Positions 1 to 11,659 of a stretch of 64,000 nucleotides of DNA are shown here, piece after piece. The translations under genes were made by a program, and so were the position numbers. The first letter of the stretch is position 1; each line of letters begins with the position of its first letter. The notes under the pieces were generated by a model. That model had not been told where the DNA came from. It was given only the letters and a program-made list of their open reading frames with translations, and did no database searches. The stretch is from Octopus vulgaris (taxonomy: Eukaryota): assembly GCA_951406725.2 (NCBI GenBank), contig OX597836.1, forward strand, positions 30,318,001-30,382,000, given 5' to 3'.

Positions 1-110
1 GGCAACAAGTAGGGCATCCAGCCATAGAATACAACCTCAAGAAACCTTCCAACCCATGCCAGCATGGAAAAATCAGAAGTAAAAAGGATGATCATAATCA
101 TAATCATCAT
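1..110 (+). mobile_element. 3' tail of RTE-LINE-related repeat (cut by window edge)
   Basis: agggcatccagcc...ccaacccatgccagcatggaaaa followed by a degenerate GAT/AAT tail; same terminus as 930-1286 and 5847-6870. Confidence 0.7.
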
Positions 111-929
111 CTTACTTTATATTTTACCTGACTGAGAAATTATTTCAGAATATCGTTAAAATAAAAAGAACATTCTTATAAAGAAAAAAAATTATTTATC
201 TATTTCAAAATATGGTTTCTCTTAATTAAAATACACATCTAGAATTTATAATTTAACATATTCATCACTATTTTAAAATCCCAACAATTTTTCCTCTTTC
301 TTTCTTTCTTTTTCTGTGTTAATTTTACCAACTCATATCTTGTTGAAATACAAACATTTTTACATCTTAGTGCCACAATCAATTCCCAGCACACCGAGCT
401 CCATCTATCCTTAATAAAAATGATCAGTGATTCATAAGAATAACTGAAATGAATATATTATGAAATTAAAAGAGATTTCTCAGTAGTCCGTGCAGAAAAC
501 ATGGATAGAATATAAATTATCTTTTTATTGTAATAGCAATTCTGTATTTAAAGTTAACCATCATCTTCTCAGTAAATTTTACAGTGCTAGGATAAAGATG
601 ATTACTGCAGCTCAAGAAACAACCAGTTAACAAGATTTTTGTTCTCTAAGTGCTAAGAAATAAATTATCTGAGTGAAAAATAAAAGTATTACAAAAATGC
701 ATTGCATTTTTTAATTTGGGATTTGTAAAACATTGAATGAGAAATTTACATCTATAATGAAGCACTTTAGAAAAATCTTCGCTCTATTTCCTTGTAATAC
801 AATATTGATTTATTCATGAAGAAAGAAAAGTTTTCTTAAATCTTCATATAAAAAAAAAATTGTGACAGACAATACATGTCTCATAAACCATAAAATATGA
901 CAATTATGAATTACAGAAGAAGGAAATTT

Positions 930-1286
930 AAAGTGCACCATCCGAACGTGGTCGATGCCAGCGCCGCCTTGACTGGCTTCTGTGCCGGTGGCATGTAAAA
1001 AGCACCATCTGAACGTGGCCGATGCCAGCGCCATCTTGTCTGGCTTCCGTGCCGGTGGCACGTAAAAAGCACCAACCGATCGTGGCCGCTGCCAGAATCC
1101 CCTGGCATGTAAAAAGCACCCACTACACTCACAGAGTGGTCGGCGTTAGGAAGGGCATCTGGTTGTAGAAACACTGCCAGATTAGACCGGAGCCTGGTGC
1201 AGCCTCCTGGCTTCCCAGATCCCCGGTCGAACCGTCCAACCCGTGCTAGCACGGAAAACGGAATTTAAACGATGCTGATGATGATG
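930..1286 (+). mobile_element. RTE LINE 3'-UTR copy (5'-truncated LINE or non-autonomous derivative) with internal tandem units
   Basis: Units starting ~930, 997, 1064, 1111 (aaaaagcacc...); ends ccaacccgtgctagcacggaaaacgga...(GAT)n; homologous to the UTR attached to the RTE ORF at 5847-6870. Confidence 0.8.
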
Positions 1287-1289
1287 AAT

Positions 1290-1384
1290 TGTGTAGCACC
1301 TTGGGTAAGTGTCTTCTATCATAGCCGCAGGCCAACCAAAGCCTTGTGAGTAGATTTGGCAGATGGGAACTGAATGAAGCATGT

Positions 1385-1418
<34 letters not shown>

Positions 1419-1610
1419 TGTGCATACGTGTCCCACTACTGCTTGACAAGCAGTGTTGGTTTGTTTATGTTCTCTTAATTTAGTGGCTCAGCAAAAGAAC
1501 CAGGTTTTAAAAATAAGAACTGGGGTCAATTCATTCGACTAAAACCCTTTGAGGTGATGCTGTAGTATGGCCAGCATCCAATAACTGAAACAAGTAAAAG
1601 ATAAAAGATG
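1290..1610 (+). mobile_element. SINE family A, 5'-truncated
   Basis: gcaccttgggtaagtgtcttctatcatagcc, internal (TG)n, 3' end actgaaacaagtaaaagataaaaga; matches full copy at 14977-15420. Confidence 0.75.
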
Positions 1611-3134
1611 TTTCCCCCCCCCCCCCACTTTTCATTTTAACCATTTTTATTCTCAAAAAATACTTTATATTATTCTTTTGCAGTGTCAGTCACTGGATTA
1701 CAGCCATGTTAAGGCTCTGCATTCAATGTGTGTGTGTGTGTTTATATGAGTGTGGGGGTTAGAACTGGTACATTAAATCAGAAATATCCTGCAATACTAC
1801 TATTGTCCTGAATTATCTACCCTTGTGTTAATTCTAAATTGCATTTTGTAACTTAAAGGAACAAATAAAGATCCAGTGAAAGAGCTGAGGCCAATATAAG
1901 TGACTAGAACATTTCAAAATGTTGCCACAGTATGGTAACAATCTAACGACTGATCATAATAAAATAACTATTTTTTTTTAATGTATTTCTAAGTACTACA
2001 TTACTTAATACATACTATATTTCAAGATGGTAGTGTGTACTTTGAGGACAATTTGGCTGTTGTTATTAGTAAGTATAACATCTTTGTAGAAGATATCCAG
2101 ATTTTGACAGTAGAGTTTCTTTTCTATTAAGTCCAATCAGCAAATCATTCATAAAAATCACTTTATATTCACTGCAATAAGCTAGTGAACAATGCATAAA
2201 CACAACACCATTTAAACCATTTTCAAGGCAATTGGCATCACCACACATTTCTTCCCTTTTCATTCTCACTCTTTCTCTCTCTCTCTCTCCCTCTTACTAT
2301 TATTATCTATAGAAAATTGTTTCTTTGTTATCCATAATAAAAATGACAAGATTCAAAGTTTTATTCCAAACAAATTAACACAACATTGACAAACAAAGGA
2401 ATAAAAACCTTAAAGATTATTACAATGACAATTTTCAGGAGAAAAATTTGTTACAAGTTCCTTAAAAGAAAAAAAAAAAAGAAAAAGAAAAACAAGCCAA
2501 GCCAAGACAAGATACATCATGAATTTAACAGCAAGTTCCACTTATGTCTGAAAGTCTGAAACAGCTTTCATTCAGTATTTTTCAATTATTCAAGACAAGG
2601 TTTTTTTTTATTTTAATTTTAATTTTTGTTTATATTTTAAAAGTACTTAATCATTTTATTTGACATGAACTTAAAATCAATTTGATTTCATTATGAATTT
2701 TCTCTAAAAATCTGATAGAAAACTCACAGTATATTCAATTCAATTGGATATCACTGTTATTTTAAATTTAGACTGTTTTTAGTTGCGTCCAAGATAACAA
2801 GTTATTTAGCAACAATATATAATAGCACAGTAATATCTAGACTATCCCCAAGGGGGCTATATTTTAATATATTCAAGTTAGAATTTCAATCAAAATTTAA
2901 CATGAAGCAAGGAAAGTTCCTATTTTTGCATCTTTTGTATTTGGTTGAATTATTTCTGCAATAAACTAAGCAATTTGTTGTATTAGCTAAGAAACATCTG
3001 CTTAAGTAAATGTTTAATTTGATGCCGAAAGGTAAACAACAGGTGAAAAACTTAATGCAGTTCATTTTTAATAAATCCTTCAAAATTAAATTGAAACTGT
3101 GGATGTTAGATTATGAACATTACAGTATTATATA

Positions 3135-3186
<52 letters not shown>

Positions 3187-3544
3187 GTGCAAAAAGAAAC
3201 AAAAAATTGTTGTTGCTTTTCTCCTACTTCCTCTGCTTTCTTTATATAACATGCATGTATGTGTGTGTGTGCACGCGCGTATGCACGTGTCATCTCATTT
3301 CAACATCCATTTTTCCATGCTTGTCGAACAAAATTTGAAGGCAGATTTTCTACAGCCAGCTGCCCTTCCTATCGCCAGCCTTTACTCGTGTCCAAGCAAA
3401 ATAATATTTCCCCCATGGTCAAACATGTTTTCACTAGAGATACTGGAAACAAAAGACAATGCTTGTATGGTAGTAACACTCACAACTACGATAGCGAGGG
3501 AGAAGATGGGGAGTCAAGTAGGAGAAGATGCAGTATCAACCCAT

Positions 3545-3735
3545 GATAGATCGTTAGCTACTACACACATTTTTTTCTCTCCTTGTTTTTTTTTCTTTGT
3601 ATCTTTCTGTAGAAGAGCGTAGGCTCGAAACGTAAAAAGACTTTTTCTATTCCTGAGCGCTATACTAATACATCTGTTTGTCTGTACACCACCTGCCTTC
3701 GTCTTTTGTTTATTTTCATAAACTTTCACATTATA
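3545..3735 (+). repeat. ~190-bp dispersed repeat (Penelope pseudo-LTR/retrozyme-like) containing a hammerhead-like motif
   Basis: Near-identical second copy at 53495-53700; both contain ctgt..aagagcgtaggctcgaaac. Confidence 0.6.
3602..3640 (+). ncRNA. Candidate minimal type I hammerhead ribozyme-like motif
   Basis: tcttt-CTGTAGA-a-gagc(gtag)gctc-GAAA-CGT-A-aaaaga: stem I tcttt/aaaga, stem II gagc/gctc, palindromic ACGT as stem III; A6 position deviates (U). Confidence 0.4.
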
Positions 3736-4337
3736 TATGGATGCCGAAAGGAGAAGAAAGGAAGATATGCCAGGGCATATCTTCAGGAGAATGCATAAAG
3801 GTTGCCAGAATGCAATTCCACTCACTCAAGCATCATGATTCAGGAAGAAAGAGTAGGATTAAGGGCGTCAGAGGTATAGAGAAATAAAATATTCAATATA
3901 GACAAATCAAGTAGTTTCCTCTCAGTAGTGAGTGTCATGGCATATTGATCAGAAAAGATAATGAGAAGATAAGAGGATCCATAATAGGCACAGAAGATAG
4001 AAGAATACATGGTGTGTGTGTGGAAGCAGGGGTTAGAAATGAGTGTATAGAATGGCCAATAGGCAGGAGTGATGCCTGTATGAAACAATAAGACATGGGT
4101 GGGATGTATGTACTAAGCTTGTGTGAGAAGCCAGGTCTTCTGTAGCACCATTTATTGCCAGTTGACACAATCCTTTGTTATATCTTTTGTCAGATATAAG
4201 ATCTTGATATCGTTTATCATCATCTTAACAGAAGTCTTTTACAGGTATTATTCATTTTCTACATTTCACACCTATGCAGCTGTCATCTTCGATTCCCATC
4301 ACATGTTCAGATCAGATCACTGCAGTCTCATCTCTTG

Positions 4338-4377
<40 letters not shown>

Positions 4378-4862
4378 GGGGGTGTACCTTTAACCTTTAC
4401 ATTGTCAAAGTAAAAGGGTTAAATCTAATAATACCAAAAGTCTGGTACTTATTTCATTGGTCTCTTTTGTTGAACCTCTAAGTTATGGGGACATAAAGAA
4501 ACCAACACCAGGTTTCTTGCAGTGTTGGGGGACAAACACACACACACATATATAAACCATCCAACCCATGCCAGCATGGACAATGGACATTAGATGATGA
4601 TATATATGCAACAAACTTCTTTTAGCTGTCATCTACCGAATCCACTCACAAGGCTTTGGTTGGCCTGGGGCTACAGTAACAGATGGCTAAACCATGTGAT
4701 TGAGAAGCATACCTCTTACCACACAGACATGTCTGTGCCTACACATACACACACACACATATATATATATATATGTACACACATATTTGTACACATATGA
4801 ATATCCATGGATATACATAACTCCCATAACCATATATATACGTGTATGTGTGTACATACACA

Positions 4863-4907
<45 letters not shown>

Positions 4908-4934
4908 CAGTAGCAACAGTAAAGAGGAATTTTG

Positions 4935-4991
<57 letters not shown>

Positions 4992-5301
4992 TTATATAGC
5001 TAAGTAGGTAATGGGTAACAAGATAAAATTTGATTTCATAAATACCAAAACAACTATGTATCATAAATTTTAAACAACACATGTTAAACGTTATTCCAGA
5101 TCAGCGACACAATCTTCTGCAAGATAGAATTAAAGAAATGACAATGTAAACAAGAGATGGAAAAAAAAATAATAATAATAAAATGACAAGCCAGGCATAA
5201 GATGCTTCACTTGCAATTACTATACTTTTGTTTTCCTTTAAAATCATTATTGTTATTGTTGTTGTTGTTATTGTTATCAATATCATCATCATTGTTATTG
5301 C

Positions 5302-5335
<34 letters not shown>

Positions 5336-5464
5336 GTTGTTGTTGTTTCAGTGTTGTTATTGTTTGGTAAGTGATTTGAATAGAGACCTTAGAGTGTTAC
5401 AATTGAAACAATTGCTTTGTGGAGATGTCACAACAGATATTTTGGAAAACATGAAATAGTTGTT

Positions 5465-5844
5465 GGTATGGCTGCATGGTTAAGAAGCTCACTTTGTAAC
5501 TATGTGGTTTCAGGTTCAGGCCTTTGGCATGGCACTTTGGAGGAGTGTCTTCTACTATATATCTCTTAGCCTTGTAAGTGAATTCAGTAGATGGAAACTG
5601 CGTGTGTAAAAGCACATTGTGTGTGAATGTGTGTGTACATGCATATCTTGCACGTGTGTCTTTGTGTTTCCAACACCATTTGACAACTGGTGTTGGTTTG
5701 TTCGTGTCTCTGTATCTTTGCAGTTCAGTAAAAAAGAAACCGATAGACTAAGAACCGCACTTTAACAAAGAAATTCGAAATTCCTGGGGTTGATTTATAC
5801 AACTAAAACTCTATCAACGCTGTGCTCCAACATGTCTGCAATCC

Positions 5845-5845
<1 letters not shown>
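5465..5845 (+). mobile_element. SINE family A, degenerate; 3' end interrupted by an RTE insertion
   Basis: tggctgcatggttaagaagc head, ggttcagg B-box-like, gtgtcttctactata core, internal (TG) tract. Confidence 0.65.
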
Positions 5846-5846
<1 letters not shown>

Positions 5847-5875
<29 letters not shown>

Positions 5876-6870
5876 GTTTAACGTCTGTTTTCCTTGCTGG
5901 CATGGGTTGGACAGCTCAACTGGGGTCTGGGAAGCCAGAAGGCTGCACCAGGTCCCAATCAGATCTGGCAGTGTTTCTACAGCTAGATGCCCTTCCTAAC
6001 GCCAACAACTCCGTGAGTGTAGTGGGTGCTTTTTACATGCCACCAGCATGGGCCAGGGGAGCTGGTATTGGCTATGATCAGATGGTGCTTTTTACGTGCC
6101 ACTGGCACAGAAGCCAGTCAAAGCGGCACTGACATCGGCCACATTTGGATGGTGCTTTTTACATGCCACAAGCACGAGGGGCACAACTACAATTTCCATT
6201 TGATTCTAATTTGATTTGATTGTGATATTAATGTTGATGATGATGTACTTGACTTAATAGGTCTCCTCAAGCATGGCATGTCGCCCTATGATCCAAGGTA
6301 GTTTTGAGTGGGCTGGTTATGCAATGCTGGTGTGGTTACAGCTGTAAACTCACTATATTTGCCAGGTCTTCTCAGTCACAGCATATCTCCAGAGGTCTCG
6401 GTCTTTTGTTATTGCCTCTGTGAGGCGCAACGTTCGAAGGTCATGCTTCACCACCTCATCCCATGTCTTCCTGGGTCTCCCTCTACCCCAGATTCCTTCA
6501 ACTGTTTGGGAGTAGCACTTCTTCACACAGCTCTCCTCGTCCATCCACAGTACATGGCCATACCAATGCAAACGTCTCTCTTGCATGCCACATCCGATGC
6601 TTCTTATGTCTAACATTTCTGTCAAGGCACTTACACTCTATCATGTGTGCACACTGACATTACACCTCCAGCGGATCATGCTAGCTTCATTTCTTTCAAG
6701 CATATGCATGTCTTCAGCAGTTTCTGCCCATGTTTCACTGCCATGTAGCATCGCAGTTCGCACATATGCATCGCACAATCTACCTTTCACTCTTTGTCAC
6801 CAGTAGGGGTAGAAGCTTTCTGAACTTTGCCCAGGCTATTCTTATTCTAGTGGTAACACTCTCTAAGCAT
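5847..6870 (-). mobile_element. RTE-clade LINE 3' fragment (ORF C-terminus, 3' UTR, (GAT)n tail)
   Basis: ORF 6353-6625: RLHWYGHVLWMDE...GRGRPRKTWDEVVKHDL...DRDLWR, the typical RTE C-terminal motif; (CAT)n at 5847-5875. Confidence 0.9.
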
Positions 6871-7754
6871 ATATATGACATCCCGTTTTACTTGTTTTAC
6901 CTTACAGTGTTACTGTATACTATACAAACATGTATCAACCTTTCATCATACACCCACAACCTGGTCACTGATACTCAACCCTACAGATTAGTTAACAATG
7001 CTTTTTACAAACCAAAACAAAGCCTGAATATATTAGCACATGTGCGATCTGTGTGTAAAGTGTGGTATATATGACTATAATTACTCTACCAACATGAATC
7101 TCAGTAAATGAATCTCAGTCGTTTTCTCAATGAATTTTCCAGCGGTTTGACGCACTGAACTACTTACTTACTAGAATTAGTGTATAAGTGGCTGAATATT
7201 CCACAAACACATGGATTCTTGATGTAATTCTTAGGAACAATCAGTTTGACACAGTGTGTAACAAGACTTTACCTTTTAATTATAGATAAAGTCTATCTGG
7301 CATGCTTCAAAACAGTTTCTATATCAACTGTATTCTCTAGGTACAAGTTAACATAACAGTTGAAAAATATAGTGTAAACATTCAAATATCATAACTATGT
7401 GTCCAAATCCTGCTGCATTTCACATATATTTTTAGCTGTGAATATTGATGAAAAATTTAGCTTGTATGCTGAAATATACAGTAATCTCAGTCAAAAAACA
7501 CTGCTCGACTTAAGGATATGGTTTGAAACATTTACCTAAGGTGCTGTATGTTATGACCAAACACTGGATGTATGTAGTGGCAATGCAAACTTCTTAAAAT
7601 AAAAATGATGCCTTTAACTACAAAAATATGCAAAGAAGGAAAGAGTAGATAGAAAGAAGTAGCCCTACTGGAGCAACATTCTCAGTAATTATCCATTTCT
7701 TAAATATCCCTTTCCATTACCATATACTGTACCTTGTATGTTGGAATACAATAT

Positions 7755-7853
7755 ACATAGTACATCTAGTATGTCATATAATATATAGTGTGTCTAGTAT
7801 GTAACATACAGTATATCTGTTGTGTTATATATAGTATATCTGATATGTAATAT
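7755..7853. repeat. Degenerate ~23-bp minisatellite, left part
   Basis: Units such as catacagtatatctgttgtgtta and tatatagtatatctgatatgtaa; the array resumes after the transposon. Confidence 0.6.
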
Positions 7854-9388
7854 CAGAACCACACTAATAGCTTAGGAGTGAAATTTAGGATTTCTCGGTT
7901 TTCTGTGAATCGATTTTGATAAAACTTTTTCCAGCTGGTTTGCACACTATGGCAACACCATTGATAAGTTTTCGTTATTTTGTGTAATGGCCTTTTTTTT
8001 TTATTTCAGATTCTTCAGTTTTTGGATGAACCATGCTAATAGCTTTTGAATGAAAATAGCCCATCTAGACATTTTTTTTTTTTTTTCAGAAAATGAAGAG
8101 TAATGATACATATTAAGTATACATTGAGTATATATTTAACAGAAAATCATAATAATATTATAACATTTATTGACATAATGGAATTATTTAGCCACATGAA
8201 CACCAAGGAAGAAACAATCTAATTGTGAGACCTCCAAGACAGTGACAGCTAGAGATTTAAGGAATATTGGCTGCAGGTTACATGGGAAACCTGGACAAAC
8301 AAGCTAAGCCATTTTCACCACCTACAAACTTCCTAATGCATCAAAAACCACCAGAAATCATATCCTTGGGACCATGGCTTCCATGCAAGAATCCCTGAAA
8401 CTGCTTTCTCACAAGTGTTTGAGGCTTCAATGGGCCCAAAAGTACAAGGATGTTAGACATGAGTTGTGTTCTGTTCACTGACAAAATCAGGACGACCCTT
8501 GAAAAACCCGACAGTTGGGCAAATGGTTGGGTCTGTTTTGGAGATGAGTGTCACCAACGTTTACAATGTCAACAACAAGGTGGAGTAGTCATGTTGTGGG
8601 CTGGTATCATTGGGGACAGACTTGTTGGGCCAGTCAGGGTACATGAAGAGGTTAAAGTGACCACAGCCTGTTGCAATCTCCTGAAGGAGGTCTTGGACCA
8701 CTGGCTAGATGACATACTGCTGTCACTTCTAAGGAATCTCGTATTCATGCATGACAACACGCCCTCTCATTCTGCCAGGACCAGCCAAACATTCCTAAAG
8801 TCTTACGGCATACAAGGTGAAAGGTTGATAGAGTGGCCACTAGCATCTCCAGATCTCAACCCTATTGAAAATCTTTGGCCTATCATTAAACAAGATGTTT
8901 ATGCTAATGGATGCCAGTTTACATCAAAAGATGTCTTATTGGCAACCATCAAAGCTGCAGTTGAGGAAGTCTAACTTGCTACTATTAAGAAATTGACAGA
9001 TTCCATAACTAATCGGGTTTTTGAAGTTATCCGTCGAAATGGCACTCATGTGGCTAAATAATTCATTATGTTAATAAATGTTATAATATTATTATAGTTT
9101 TCTGTTAAATATATATGCTCAATGTATGCTTAATATGTATCATTACCCTTCATTTTCGGGAGAAAAAAAATGTCTAGATGGGCTAATTTCATTCAAAAGC
9201 TATTATCATGGTTCCTCCAAAAACTGAAGAATCTGAAATAAAAAAGAAAGGACGTTACACAGAATAATGAAAACATAACAATGGTGTTGTTATAGTGTGC
9301 AAGCCAGCTGCAAAAAGTTTTATCAAAATCAATTCACAGAAAACCGATAAATCCTAAATTTCACTCCTATGCTATTAGCATGGTTCTG
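7854..9388 (+). mobile_element. Tc1-like DNA transposon, DD37E (TRT-type), with ~350-bp inverted ends
   Basis: 7854-8204 is the reverse complement of 9041-9388 (cagaaccacactaatagc / gctattagcatggttctg); internal transposase remnant; TA target duplication not clean. Confidence 0.9.
8205..9061 (+). pseudogene. Tc1/TRT DD37E transposase pseudogene
   Basis: VLFTD...QQQGGVVMLWAGI...FMHDNTPSH...WPLASPDLNPIENLW; 37 residues between second D and E; in-frame stop at 8972-8974, frame continues to ...NGTHVAK* at 9061; 5' part frameshifted and N-terminus missing. Confidence 0.88.
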
Positions 9389-9625
9389 GATGTGTATCTG
9401 ATATATAATATATAGTACATCTAGTGTGAACTGTAGTAAATTTGTTGTGTAATATATATGTATATCTAGATTGTAATATAATGTATATGTTGTGTAATAT
9501 ATATCTATATCTGGCAATAAACAGTAAATCTTATATGTAATATACAGTATATAACTTATAGTATATCTGGTATGTGATATATCCAATATCTGATAAGTAA
9601 TATATAATACATCAACTATGTGATA
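9389..9625. repeat. Degenerate ~23-bp minisatellite, right part
   Basis: tatatagtacatctagtgtgaa, cttatagtatatctggtatgtga and similar units. Confidence 0.6.
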
Positions 9626-9829
9626 TTCTATTATCCAACATCCTCTTCCTTTCCATAAGGAGCAGTCCACTAAACAAAAAGGGATGTTTTATATTCAATA
9701 ATGGCCAATCTGCTTTCACCATTTAAGCTTTATCCATGGCAACATCAACAGTTTCAGTAAATTGAACATTGCATCTTCATAAATCCAGATTAATTATGGA
9801 AATGCAATGTATGTCTTTTCATAAAGACT

Positions 9830-10080
9830 GCATTTGAACAGGCAGACACGCGATTGCACATGAATGATGACAGTTGAGCAAAGAAGTACCAAGCAAACCA
9901 AGTGGAAGAACCTGCAGGAGAGGAAGTCCAATGAAGATGCAGAAAGAAGTAACAAAGGATGATCTCAGAATGCTACGCCTCATAAAGGAGATTGTGACAA
10001 GCACTAAGACAAACTGCTAGAGAAGAATGGACCAACCTATGCAAACATATAAAAACTGACATAAAATGATGATAATAATA
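9830..10080 (+). mobile_element. Old RTE LINE 3' fragment
   Basis: gtggaagaacctgcaggagaggaagtccaatgaag...gatgatctcagaatgcta is a decayed VEG..GRGRP.K.W..V..DL; ends taaaatgatgataat. Confidence 0.6.
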
Positions 10081-10098
10081 ATTCTCTTTATAAAACAG

Positions 10099-10174
10099 GC
10101 AGATTATTGTTCTCAGGAATTGCTGCAGAAATGTTCTTATCGTGACTCCTGTCAGCAAGTCTCCTCAAGCTGTG
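10099..10174 (+). CDS. Candidate short exon of unknown gene
   Basis: ctctttataaaacag| acceptor and G|gtaata donor; two open frames; no recognisable protein. Confidence 0.15.
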
Positions 10175-10342
10175 GTAATACTATTTTCAGTCTTTCAAAA
10201 TATTCTCTACATCTCCAAAGACAACAATCTCAGATTCCTAAAGTTTCTGTTTTTTGTCTGGATGATACAAGAAACAATGGACAAATTTGGTTCACATATA
10301 GAATAATAAAACTTGTTCTCAAAGTACAGACCAATAGCTGCA

Positions 10343-10845
<503 letters not shown>

Positions 10846-10952
10846 TTGCTGCTCTTATATAAGTGATGCTTAAATAACCAAATACAACAGTATAGATCAT
10901 CCTTTTGGTTTGCATCTTGTTTTTTTTTTTTTTGTTCCGTTTCTATTTTCAG

Positions 10953-10990
10953 GCCATCTCAAATAGGATCAAAAAGTTAACAAGTGTATG
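10953..10990 (+). CDS. Candidate 38-bp exon (AISNRIKKLTSV)
   Basis: Long polypyrimidine tract ...ttctattttcag| and strong donor ATG|gtaagg; exactly one open frame. Confidence 0.3.
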
Positions 10991-11369
10991 GTAAGGGGAG
11001 AGGTGAAAGTTAGTAGCTTGTGGATCGTTCTAAACAGCTATTAGATGGAATAGCCATCATTTGTAAAAACACTACTTACTTACTAGTACTTTTTCAGTAA
11101 AGAATTCAAATTTGGGTTTTGTCGATATCGTTTATCATCTTAATGTTTATCATGTTAATAATAAATCTCTCATTGTTTTGAACACAGCTTACTCTCCCTT
11201 TCTTTTGCTCAACCCACAAAAAAATAAGTAGAGAAAGGCAAAATATAATACAAAGAAAAATAGAGAGTGAGGGATATGTATCATGATAACATACATAAAA
11301 TGATCATAATGTAAGTATGTCTATGTATGTAACCAAAACTCTAAACAACCTTTCAGAGCAATCATATGA

Positions 11370-11500
11370 TGGTACTTGTTTTAACAGCTCTGAAAGGATG
11401 AAAGGCAAAGTCGACCTTAGTGGAATTTGAACTCAGAATGTAAAGATGGATGAAATGCCACTAAGCAATTTGCCCAGCGTGCTAATGATTCTGCCAGCTT
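11370..11500 (-). mobile_element. SINE family B fragment
   Basis: gaaaggatgaaaggcaaagtcgacc...atttgaactcagaa...gctaatgattctgccagc. Confidence 0.7.
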
Positions 11501-11659
11501 GCAACCTTTACAAGATCTAGTATATACAAATTTACTTCTCATCTGTTATATACTTTATATATTCTATCACCTTTGGCATTTCATCCACCTAATTATATCT
11601 ATAACACCTGTTTACTTTTTCTTCTACCACCTTACTAGCCTGCTTATTCATTTATACAG

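Noticed and set aside
930-1120. Repeat-spacer appearance resembling a CRISPR array
   Set aside because: Spacers are homologous to each other, the array lies in a LINE 3' UTR, the DNA is eukaryotic and no cas genes are present.
3745-4170. Purine-rich segment that may be an antisense old LINE 3' region (also 42600-43260)
   Set aside because: No motif recognisable with confidence; needs a repeat-library search.
5040-5117. Strong minus-strand acceptor (ttctatcttgcag) followed by short peptides
   Set aside because: All frames stop within ~11 codons, no donor and no other support.
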